Shown piece after piece: positions 7,658 to 15,216 of a DNA stretch of 32,000 nt (positions are counted from its first letter, which is position 1; the number at the start of each line of letters is the position of its first letter). Position numbers and translations under genes: made by a program. The stretch spans positions 128,133 through 160,132 of the forward strand of contig NZ_NVQC01000016.1 of the NCBI RefSeq assembly GCF_003044035.1. The letters are read 5' to 3'. The notes beneath the pieces are model-generated. The model did not search any database. It saw only the letters and a list, made by a program, of their open reading frames with translations, and had not been told where the DNA came from. This DNA is from Candidatus Methylomirabilis limnetica. GTDB lineage: Bacteria > Methylomirabilota > Methylomirabilia > Methylomirabilales > Methylomirabilaceae.

Positions 7658-8425
7658 GTGCTGATACGTGTCGGTGACCTGGACACCCATTTTACCGTGT
7701 GGGGAGAGGGGAGGCCGATAGTTCTCCTTCATGGGTGGGGTACCTCAGCCGAGTCCCTGGGTACAGTCGCCAAGGCTCTGGAGGATCGATTTCGGGTGTA
7801 CGCCCTCGATCTACCTGGTTTTGGCTGGACGCCATCGGCTGCTACGGTGTGGGGGACATGGGAGTATGCCTCCTATGTCGAGGCATTTATGGATCGCCTC
7901 AACATCTCGGTGGCCAGTCTGGTCGGCCATTCATTTGGAGGCCGAATCGCGCTGGCCCTGGCTGCCAAGTGGCCCGATAGGGTCAAGAGTCTTGTTTTGG
8001 TGGCCAGCGCAGGGATCCGCCCGAGACGAGGGCCTCTGTTCCGCATGAAGGTTGGAGCCGCGAAGCTGGCGAAGCAGGTGTTTTCGCTGCCTATGTGGGG
8101 TAGGCTGGGCGAGCGAGTGATTGCCGAACTCTATCAGCGGATGGGGTCGCGGGACTATCGGAACGCCGGAGCACTACGCGCTACGCTGGTCAAGGTCGTG
8201 AGCGAAGACCTCCGGGGGATCTTGTCGTCTGTTCGTACGCCTACACTGATTATCTGGGGAGACCGGGATCAGGAGGTGCCGTTCTCCTCGATGGAGATTA
8301 TGGCGCGCGGGATACAGGGCTCGCGGTTGGAGGTGTTCGAAGGGGCCGGCCATTTCCCGTTTGTTGACAGCCCGGACCGTTTTGGCCGGTTGGTAAGGGA
8401 GTTCTTGTGCCAGGACAGCCAGTGA
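7658..8425 (+). CDS. alpha/beta-fold hydrolase (serine esterase/hydrolase family)
   Basis: 255 aa. Oxyanion HGWG, nucleophile elbow GHSFGG, and late Asp (WGDRDQEV) and His (GAGHFPF) consistent with a Ser-Asp-His triad. Only GTG 7658 is available as a start. Confidence 0.8.
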   Translation: MLIRVGDLDTHFTVWGEGRPIVLLHGWGTSAESLGTVAKALEDRFRVYALDLPGFGWTPSAATVWGTWEYASYVEAFMDRLNISVASLVGHSFGGRIALALAAKWPDRVKSLVLVASAGIRPRRGPLFRMKVGAAKLAKQVFSLPMWGRLGERVIAELYQRMGSRDYRNAGALRATLVKVVSEDLRGILSSVRTPTLIIWGDRDQEVPFSSMEIMARGIQGSRLEVFEGAGHFPFVDSPDRFGRLVREFLCQDSQ

Positions 8426-10128
8426 TGCGGTCGGGTGTGGTACTTGGACCTTCACTCGCAGGCCGGGCCGTCACTGGTCTTTTGCCATATATGGCGGTCG
8501 TTATAATGCGCCATCTGGATCTGATATACCTTGCCCAGCTGGAGCGTTACAACAGTGCGCGCCTGCGTGGTTGGATCGCCAGGCACTGGGGCCTGGTTCT
8601 GAACGGCCGAGGGGCCCTCGTTCAGGTGGCGGTCTTAGGGGCCGGAATTCTCCTTGCGTTGTTACCTCTCCCTGTTTTTCCCGGCTTAAGGCATGCCGGG
8701 ACAGGCACGTTTTACATTATCTGGCTGGCCGCCGGTATGTGGCTGAGATCCCGGTGGTCCTCGCTGCAGGTCAGTCAGCAACTGCAGTGGACATCTCGAA
8801 CGGTACGCTTAGTAGCAGTCACGTTCCTCCTTGCGGTGGTGGCCATGCTTGTAACCTCCGGGTTGACTGTACTCTTACTGTCCAGACTCATGGTGGCCCC
8901 TCTCGCCCTCCTTGTCGGTATAGGCTTGGCTACCGGCCTGCTTGTGATGTCCGAGATTGCGGCGGGCACGGTCCTCGTGGCAAACCTGAGCCTCGCTCCA
9001 CTGGAGCAGGCGGTCAATCAACGCTTCTATGCGCAGGCTAAAGTGCGCATGCGTCAGTATCCCGGGGAGGTCGTCGGGATCACTGGAAGCTATGGAAAGA
9101 CGACGACGAAGTTCATCGCCGCGACGTTGCTTCAGAAGCGCTACTCGGTCTTTAAGACGCCTGACGGGGTCAACTCCACCATGGGTATCGTTCGGGTTGT
9201 CCGCGAGGCGCTTCGGGACGATCACCAGTTTTTCGTCGTCGAGGTGGCGGCCTACGGCCCCGGCGAGATCAAGGAGGTGTGCGAGATCCTGCGGCCCCGG
9301 ATCGGTATCCTCACGGCGGTTGGGGTCCAGCACCTCGAGCGGTTCGGCACGCCGGAACGGATCGCCGAGGCGAAGTATGAGCTGATCGATTCGCTTCCAC
9401 CGGATGGCTTAGCGATCGTGAACGCTGACGATCCAGGCGCTCTGCGATTGGCCGAACGCGCGAGGCGGGAAGGTCGACGCGTGATCTTGTACGGGGTCGG
9501 TGATGACGAACGGGATCTGGACGTTCGGGGGAAAGACGTCAAGCTCTCCAGCCATGGCTCGGCCTTTCGCGTGGAGACCGGGTATGGCGCGGCCATGTTC
9601 GAGACCAAGCTGCTCGGGGGCTGGAACATTGCCAATATCCTGGGGGCGACGGCTGCTGCCTTAGAGTGCGGTGTACCCCTGGAGGAGATTGCCGACGGGG
9701 TGAAGTCTCTTACGCCGGCGCCCAAGCGCCTGGAGCTTCGCGAAGAGGGTGGGGTCATCAAGCTGATCGATGTGGCCAACGCCAATCCGCTTGGGGCCCA
9801 GATGGCCCTGGAGGTCCTCAGCCAGTTTAAGGGGGGCTCGAAGATCCTGATCACGCCGGGCTTGGTGGAGTTAGGCCAGATCGAGGCGGAGGAGAACCGC
9901 CGGTTTGGCCGAGCTGCCGCTGCGGTCTGCGATTACGTCCTGTTGGTCGGGCCACAGCAGACACTACCGCTGCGTGAAGGGCTTCGCGAGGGTGGGTTTG
10001 CCGATAGCCGGATCCTGGTGGCCCGGCACAGCGGTGAAGTGACTGACCACCTCAAGGCGATCGTCCGAGAGGGCGATGTCCTGCTGTACGAGAATCGACT
10101 GCCTGATACGTACCTGGAGCTCGCATGA
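8425..10128 (+). CDS. murF: MurF-like Mur ligase (UDP-MurNAc-tripeptide--D-Ala-D-Ala ligase position) with a polytopic membrane N-terminal region
   Basis: P-loop GITGSYGKTTTKF at nt 9076, then LTAVGVQHLERFG and NANP motifs and a MurF-like C-terminal domain. About 215 residues with 4-5 hydrophobic helices precede the P-loop. ATG 8425 overlaps the hydrolase TGA (TGATG). An alternative GTG lies at 8407. Confidence 0.75.
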   Translation: MRSGVVLGPSLAGRAVTGLLPYMAVVIMRHLDLIYLAQLERYNSARLRGWIARHWGLVLNGRGALVQVAVLGAGILLALLPLPVFPGLRHAGTGTFYIIWLAAGMWLRSRWSSLQVSQQLQWTSRTVRLVAVTFLLAVVAMLVTSGLTVLLLSRLMVAPLALLVGIGLATGLLVMSEIAAGTVLVANLSLAPLEQAVNQRFYAQAKVRMRQYPGEVVGITGSYGKTTTKFIAATLLQKRYSVFKTPDGVNSTMGIVRVVREALRDDHQFFVVEVAAYGPGEIKEVCEILRPRIGILTAVGVQHLERFGTPERIAEAKYELIDSLPPDGLAIVNADDPGALRLAERARREGRRVILYGVGDDERDLDVRGKDVKLSSHGSAFRVETGYGAAMFETKLLGGWNIANILGATAAALECGVPLEEIADGVKSLTPAPKRLELREEGGVIKLIDVANANPLGAQMALEVLSQFKGGSKILITPGLVELGQIEAEENRRFGRAAAAVCDYVLLVGPQQTLPLREGLREGGFADSRILVARHSGEVTDHLKAIVREGDVLLYENRLPDTYLELA

Positions 10129-11435
10129 GTGGCGCCGCCAGACGCATAGGGCTGATCTTCGGAAGTCGCTCGGTGGAACGAGAGATTTCGATCATGACCG
10201 CCAGTAAGATCTATGAGGTCCTGCTCTCATTGCAGGACCAGTTCGAGACGCTGCCGATCTTTATTACGGCAGAGGGCACATGGCTTACCGGCGAGGCGGT
10301 TCGGGATCTGTTGACGGTCGATGCCGAGATACGAAAGCTGGCGGAACGAAGCGTTGTGGCGGGAACGGCTGAGCGATCGAAGCTCGACGCGGAAAAGCTG
10401 CGGTTGAATCGGGATCGATACATACCCCTGCTTGACAACCTGGACCGGGGCCAGAGCGCGACGGGGGTTGATCCGCTCTTTCTGGCGCCGGACCCATCGG
10501 TCGGCACGTTGGTGCCGCAGCAGGAGCGAAAAGGCTGGCTTCGCAAACAGCTCCACCCCACAATCGACGTCGCCTTCCCGGTCATTCATGGGACGCATGG
10601 CGAGGATGGAACGATTCAGGGTCTGTGTGAATTGGCCGATCTGCCGTATGTGGGGGCTGGGGTCACCGCCTCGGCCATAGGAATGGATAAGATTATCTCC
10701 AAGCTCATCTTTCAGGGCGCAGGCCTTCCTGTTGTTGAGGGGGTCGGTATCACCAGACGCGAGCTGTTGGAGGATGAGGCGGCCGTTGCGAAGGGGATTG
10801 AGCGCAGGTTGAGCTACCCGGTGGTAGTCAAGCCTGCCGTGGCCGGTTCCAGCGTTGGCATAGGTATGGCTCATAATGCGGGCGAAGCGCTGAGCTTGGC
10901 GAAGCTCGCAATGCGCTTCAGCTCCCGCGTGCTGATAGAGCGGGCTGTTGAACAGCGGATCGAGGTGCAATGCGGCGTCCTGGGCAATCACGCGTTGACC
11001 GTCTCGGAATGTGAAGAGATCATCAACTCGGGCGAGGTTGTGGGCTACCGCGACAAGTACCCGGAGGACACACAGCCGGGAAGCGCGGATCTCGCGCCGA
11101 GCATCATTCCCGCCAGGATTCCAAAGACCCTTGCAGACGAGATACGCTCCATGGCAGCAGCAGCCTTTAAGGCGATCGACTCGCGCGGGATCTCCCGGGT
11201 CGATTTTCTTATCGACTCGGCCGCGATGAAGCCGTACGTCAATGAGGTCAATACCATGCCGGGGTCGCTTTCCTTTACCCTCTGGGAGGGAAGCGGGGTG
11301 AAGCCTGCGGAGCTTGTTATTCGTCTGGTGGAATTGGCGCTTGAGGCCCATCGAGAAAAGCGCTCAACCCATTTCAAATCGACAGAGGGCAGGGCGTTGG
11401 TGGATCGGCGGCATCTGGTGACGCCGGGCAAATAG
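10125..11435 (+). CDS. ddl: D-alanine--D-alanine ligase (long form, 436 aa)
   Basis: IGLIFGSRSVEREIS, FPVIHGTHGEDGTIQGLCELADLPYVGAGV and NEVNTMPG motifs (ATP-grasp Ddl). ATGA overlap with the murF stop. Confidence 0.9.
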   Translation: MSGAARRIGLIFGSRSVEREISIMTASKIYEVLLSLQDQFETLPIFITAEGTWLTGEAVRDLLTVDAEIRKLAERSVVAGTAERSKLDAEKLRLNRDRYIPLLDNLDRGQSATGVDPLFLAPDPSVGTLVPQQERKGWLRKQLHPTIDVAFPVIHGTHGEDGTIQGLCELADLPYVGAGVTASAIGMDKIISKLIFQGAGLPVVEGVGITRRELLEDEAAVAKGIERRLSYPVVVKPAVAGSSVGIGMAHNAGEALSLAKLAMRFSSRVLIERAVEQRIEVQCGVLGNHALTVSECEEIINSGEVVGYRDKYPEDTQPGSADLAPSIIPARIPKTLADEIRSMAAAAFKAIDSRGISRVDFLIDSAAMKPYVNEVNTMPGSLSFTLWEGSGVKPAELVIRLVELALEAHREKRSTHFKSTEGRALVDRRHLVTPGK

Positions 11436-11440
11436 GAGCA

Positions 11441-11505
11441 GGGTATAGGGTAAAGGGTGTAGGGTCTAGGGGAGGATCGAGACGTGGAACTCCTAAACCC
11501 TCTAA
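11441..11505 (+). repeat. Heptamer array GGGTATA GGGTAAA GGGTGTA GGGTCTA GGGG plus a short complementary arm (CCTAAACCCTCTA, 11492-11504)
   Basis: Direct reading. Fills the ddl-mraY spacer. Confidence 0.8.
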
Positions 11506-11514
11506 TGAGGTTTT

Positions 11515-12597
11515 ATGCTGTATCACCTGCTTTTCCCATTGCATCAAAGCTACGCTGTCTTAAACGTCTTCCGGTACGTGACCTTCCGTACGGCCGGGGC
11601 CATCCTGACCGCGCTGCTGATCAGTTTGCTGTTGGGACCTGCGCTGATCCGCAAGCTTCAGGAGTTGCAGATCGGTCAAAGCATCAGGGACGACGGGCCA
11701 GCGGGGCATCTGCAGAAGGCCGGGACGCCTACGATGGGTGGGCTCCTGATCCTGGCCTCTGTGCTCATCGCCACGCTGCTCTGGGCGAATCTGACCAACC
11801 GGTTCGTCTGGCTTGCCCTGTTTTGCACGGTCTGGATGGGGGCGGTGGGGTTCATCGACGACTACCTGAAGGTGGTGTCCAAGAATAGCAAGGGACTCTC
11901 GGTCAGAACAAAACTGTTGTGGCAGGTGATTCCCAGCCTACTCATTGGACTCTTCCTGTACATCAACCCGGTTGATCCATTTACGACGAAGCTGACTATC
12001 CCCTTTCTCAAGGACTGGATGCCCGATCTGGGCTGGGGCTATGTCCTGTTCGTGGCGCTGGTCATTGTTGGCACATCTAATGCGGTGAATCTGACCGACG
12101 GCCTCGATGGATTGGCTATCGGCCCGATCTTGATGACCGCTGCGGCGTATACGGTCCTGGCGTACATTGCAGGGCATGCCAGCATCGCTCACTACCTGCA
12201 GGTGATCTTTGTGAGAGGGAGCTCTGAGCTCACCGTTTTTGGCGGTGCCATCGTCGGGGCCAGCCTGGGATTCCTCTGGTACAACGCGTACCCCGCGCAG
12301 CTCTTTATGGGCGACACCGGCTCTTTGGCGCTTGGGGCCGCCTTGGCTACGCTCGCTGTTCTGGTCAAGAGCGAGTTGCTCCTGCTCATCGTCGGGGGGG
12401 TATTCGTGGCAGAGGCCATCTCGGTGATCATGCAGGTCTTCTCCTACCGGACTACCGGCCGACGAGTTTTCAGGATGGCGCCCCTCCATCACCACTACGA
12501 GCTGAACGGGATGGCGGAGCCGAAGATCATTGTCCGGTTCTGGATCGTCTCCTTTATCCTTGCCCTGCTCTCGCTCACCACGTTGAAGTTGAGGTGA
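11515..12597 (+). CDS. mraY: phospho-N-acetylmuramoyl-pentapeptide transferase
   Basis: 360 aa. [25 protein letters not shown]-terminus, [23 protein letters not shown]. Confidence 0.95.
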   Translation: MLYHLLFPLHQSYAVLNVFRYVTFRTAGAILTALLISLLLGPALIRKLQELQIGQSIRDDGPAGHLQKAGTPTMGGLLILASVLIATLLWANLTNRFVWLALFCTVWMGAVGFIDDYLKVVSKNSKGLSVRTKLLWQVIPSLLIGLFLYINPVDPFTTKLTIPFLKDWMPDLGWGYVLFVALVIVGTSNAVNLTDGLDGLAIGPILMTAAAYTVLAYIAGHASIAHYLQVIFVRGSSELTVFGGAIVGASLGFLWYNAYPAQLFMGDTGSLALGAALATLAVLVKSELLLLIVGGVFVAEAISVIMQVFSYRTTGRRVFRMAPLHHHYELNGMAEPKIIVRFWIVSFILALLSLTTLKLR

Positions 12598-12611
12598 AGG
12601 CGTTGAGAAAG

Positions 12612-12707
12612 GTTTCGAGCTTCGAGTTTCGAGTTTCGAGTGCCACATGTCAGGTTTCACGTTACGAGTTTGGCTTACTCGAAACCTGGAACCCGGAACC
12701 CGGAACT
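12612..12707 (+). repeat. Second-family heptamer element: GTTTCGA-type x4 (12612-12639), 20-nt core CACATGTCAGGTTTCACGTT (12644-12663), CGAAACC/YGGAACC x4 (12680-12707)
   Basis: Direct reading. Partially self-complementary. Homologous to the element at 16342-16410. Confidence 0.8.
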
Positions 12708-12721
12708 GCATGGTGGTAACC

Positions 12722-14104
12722 ATGCTGGATCTGGCCGGTAAACGGGTGGTGGTCGTTGGGTTGGCGCGATCCGGGGAGGCGGCCTGCCGCCTATTGCTCA
12801 AACAGGGCGCCACGGTCATCGGCACCGACCGCAGGGGTAAGCGTGAGATCGGCGCTGACCTCTGCAGCCTGGAGCAGGACGGGGTCAGTCTTGAGCTGGG
12901 CGAGCAGTACCTGCACTCCTTGCTCTCGGCCGATCTCGTCGTGGTAAGTCCGGGGATCGATCTGCGTGAGCCGCTGTTTCAGCGGGTTCGTGAGGTGGGC
13001 ATCCCGCTCATCGGTGAGGTCGAACTGGCCTACCGGTACAGTGAAGCCACATTCATCGGGATCACCGGGACCAACGGTAAGAGCACCACCACGACCCTTC
13101 TCGGCGCAATTCTGAAGCACGCCGGCATGCCTTCGCATGTGGCCGGCAACATCGGTACCCCCCTCTGCCGAGTGGCGCCTTCCCTCGCGGCGGGTGAGTG
13201 TGTGGTCGTGGAGCTATCGAGCTTTCAATTGGAAACGATCGAAGAGTTCAGGCCGCGCGTGGCGTTACTGCTGAATCTCGCTCCTGATCATCTTGATCGC
13301 TACGATCAGGTCGAAGACTATTACCAGGCCAAGGCTCGCATCTTCGAGAATCAACGGCCGTCCGACTTTGCCGTCATCAATGCGGACGATCCGCTGGTTC
13401 TTCAGGTGTCAGCACGGGCCCGAGGACGGAGGATCGCATTCAGCCGGACCAGGCCGCTCGATACAGGGGCGTATGTTGAAGGCGATCAGCTCATGCTGGC
13501 CCTTGACGGGAGGCGAGAGGCCATCTGCCGGGTGTCCGAACTCCAGATCCAGGGGGTACATAACCTGGAGAACGCCCTGGCTGCCGGCCTCGCGGCGGCG
13601 GTAGCCGGCGCCCCCACAACAGCGATCCGGATAGCGCTCACCAGTTTCGAAGGGCTGGAACATCGTCTGGAGTTTGTCGCGGAGATCGACGGCGTTCGCT
13701 ACGTCAACGACTCCAAAGGGACCAATGTTGGGGCGGTTGTCCGATCGCTGGAGAGTTTTACGAACCCCGTTGTGCTCATCGCCGGCGGCAGGGACAAGCA
13801 TGGCGATTTCGCGCCGCTCATCCCCCTGGTCCGCGAGCGGGTCAAGCGGCTGATCCTGATCGGTGAAGCCGCTGAGACGCTGCGGCGAACGCTGGCCCCC
13901 GCGTGTCCGACGGAGGATGCGTCCAGTCTCGAGGAGGCCGTTCGGCGCGCCGCAGCCGCCGCATCACCAGGAGAGGTTGTGCTGCTTTCGCCGGCTTGCG
14001 CCAGCTTCGATATGTTTACTGATTTCGAAGAGCGAGGACGCGTGTTCAAGGCGGCGGTACGGGAGCTTCTGCCCCCCGCTTACAGTATACCAGGGCAAGC
14101 ATGA
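12722..14104 (+). CDS. murD: UDP-N-acetylmuramoylalanine--D-glutamate ligase
   Basis: LAGKRVVVVGLARSGEAA Rossmann-type N-terminus, GITGTNGKSTTTTL P-loop. Alternative in-frame starts are ATG 12710 and ATG 12647 (inside the repeat). Confidence 0.9.
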   Translation: MLDLAGKRVVVVGLARSGEAACRLLLKQGATVIGTDRRGKREIGADLCSLEQDGVSLELGEQYLHSLLSADLVVVSPGIDLREPLFQRVREVGIPLIGEVELAYRYSEATFIGITGTNGKSTTTTLLGAILKHAGMPSHVAGNIGTPLCRVAPSLAAGECVVVELSSFQLETIEEFRPRVALLLNLAPDHLDRYDQVEDYYQAKARIFENQRPSDFAVINADDPLVLQVSARARGRRIAFSRTRPLDTGAYVEGDQLMLALDGRREAICRVSELQIQGVHNLENALAAGLAAAVAGAPTTAIRIALTSFEGLEHRLEFVAEIDGVRYVNDSKGTNVGAVVRSLESFTNPVVLIAGGRDKHGDFAPLIPLVRERVKRLILIGEAAETLRRTLAPACPTEDASSLEEAVRRAAAAASPGEVVLLSPACASFDMFTDFEERGRVFKAAVRELLPPAYSIPGQA

Positions 14105-15216
14105 TCGCTAAGCGCCCCTCCTACGATAGGCTGCTATACGGTGTCTCGCTGGTGCTGGTCTTGATTGGTATCGTCATGGTCTATAGCGCGAGCGCCATCA
14201 AGGCCCAGGATAAATACGGCGATCCATTCTTTTTCCTGAAGAAGCAGATCCTCTGGGCCGTGATCGGGATCGCGGTCATGGTCTGGGCCATGTACCGCGA
14301 CTACCGGACATTTCAGCGGTATGCGCCCCTGTTGTTCTTAGTCTCGCTGTGCCTTCTCTCCCTGGTGCTGATCCCGTCAATCGGGGTCAAGGTCAACAGC
14401 GCACAGCGGTGGCTCCGGCTGTTCGGGGTCTCCTTTCAACCTTCCGAGCTTGCCAGGCTCTCCATCGTTCTACTCATGGCCAGGATCCTCGCCAGAAGCG
14501 CCGATCGGGAGGAGAACTTCACCAAACGCTTCCTCAAACCGCTGAGCCTTGCCGGACTCGTTTGCGGCCTGATTGTGTTTCAGCCCCACATTGGGATGGC
14601 GGCGGTCCTGATGTGTGCAGTCTTGGCGCTGTGTTTTGTGGCAGGCGTCCGTCTCAGTCACCTGAGCATTATTGTTCTCGTGGTCGTGACGCTTGCCTCC
14701 ATGTTCGTCATGGCGCAGCCGTATGCCAGAACGCGAGTGATGACGCTGTTGGACCCTAATCACGCCTCATCCCAAGCAGCGCATCAGATCCACCAGTCAA
14801 TCACCGCATCGGGATCGGGGGGACTTCTGGGGCGGGGGCTCGGCGACAGCTTTGGGAAACTGGGTTATCTGCCCGAGTCCCACACCGAGTTCATCTTTGC
14901 CGTCGTCGGGGAGGAGACAGGTTTCGTGGGGGCTCTGCTGGTGGTCTTCCTCTTCGGTATTATCCTGTGGCGCGGGACCCGGATCGCACTCCGGGCGCCT
15001 GATCTGTTCGGCGCCTATGTGGCGATGGGAATTACCTTTAGCATCGTTACACAGGCCGTCATCAACTTTGGGGTGGTTGTCGGACTGCTACCCATTACGG
15101 GTTTGCCTTTGCCGTTGGTCAGCTTCGGTGGCACATCCCTGATCACCACCTGTTTAGGTATCGGGATCCTGCTCAGCATCTCCCGTTACCAGGCGGCGAG
15201 AGGACGACTCGCGTGA
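14101..15216 (+). CDS. ftsW: SEDS-family peptidoglycan glycosyltransferase FtsW
   Basis: 371 aa and polytopic. QPSELARL, ESHTEFIFAVVGEETGF and GLPLPLVSFGGTS motifs. ATGA overlap with murD. Confidence 0.9.
   Translation: MIAKRPSYDRLLYGVSLVLVLIGIVMVYSASAIKAQDKYGDPFFFLKKQILWAVIGIAVMVWAMYRDYRTFQRYAPLLFLVSLCLLSLVLIPSIGVKVNSAQRWLRLFGVSFQPSELARLSIVLLMARILARSADREENFTKRFLKPLSLAGLVCGLIVFQPHIGMAAVLMCAVLALCFVAGVRLSHLSIIVLVVVTLASMFVMAQPYARTRVMTLLDPNHASSQAAHQIHQSITASGSGGLLGRGLGDSFGKLGYLPESHTEFIFAVVGEETGFVGALLVVFLFGIILWRGTRIALRAPDLFGAYVAMGITFSIVTQAVINFGVVVGLLPITGLPLPLVSFGGTSLITTCLGIGILLSISRYQAARGRLA

Noticed and set aside
7648-7660. The TGGTGGTGGTG trinucleotide run as a separate microsatellite
   Set aside because: It has only about 3.5 units and adjoins the heptamer array and the hydrolase GTG start. 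It is too short to call independently.
10227-11351. 374-aa minus-strand ORF antisense to ddl
   Set aside because: ddl on the plus strand has complete ATP-grasp motifs. The antisense product is Arg/Leu/Pro-rich with no recognisable domain.
11938-12825. 295-aa minus-strand ORF antisense to mraY and the repeat element
   Set aside because: Antisense to mraY. It runs through the heptamer repeat. No family signature.
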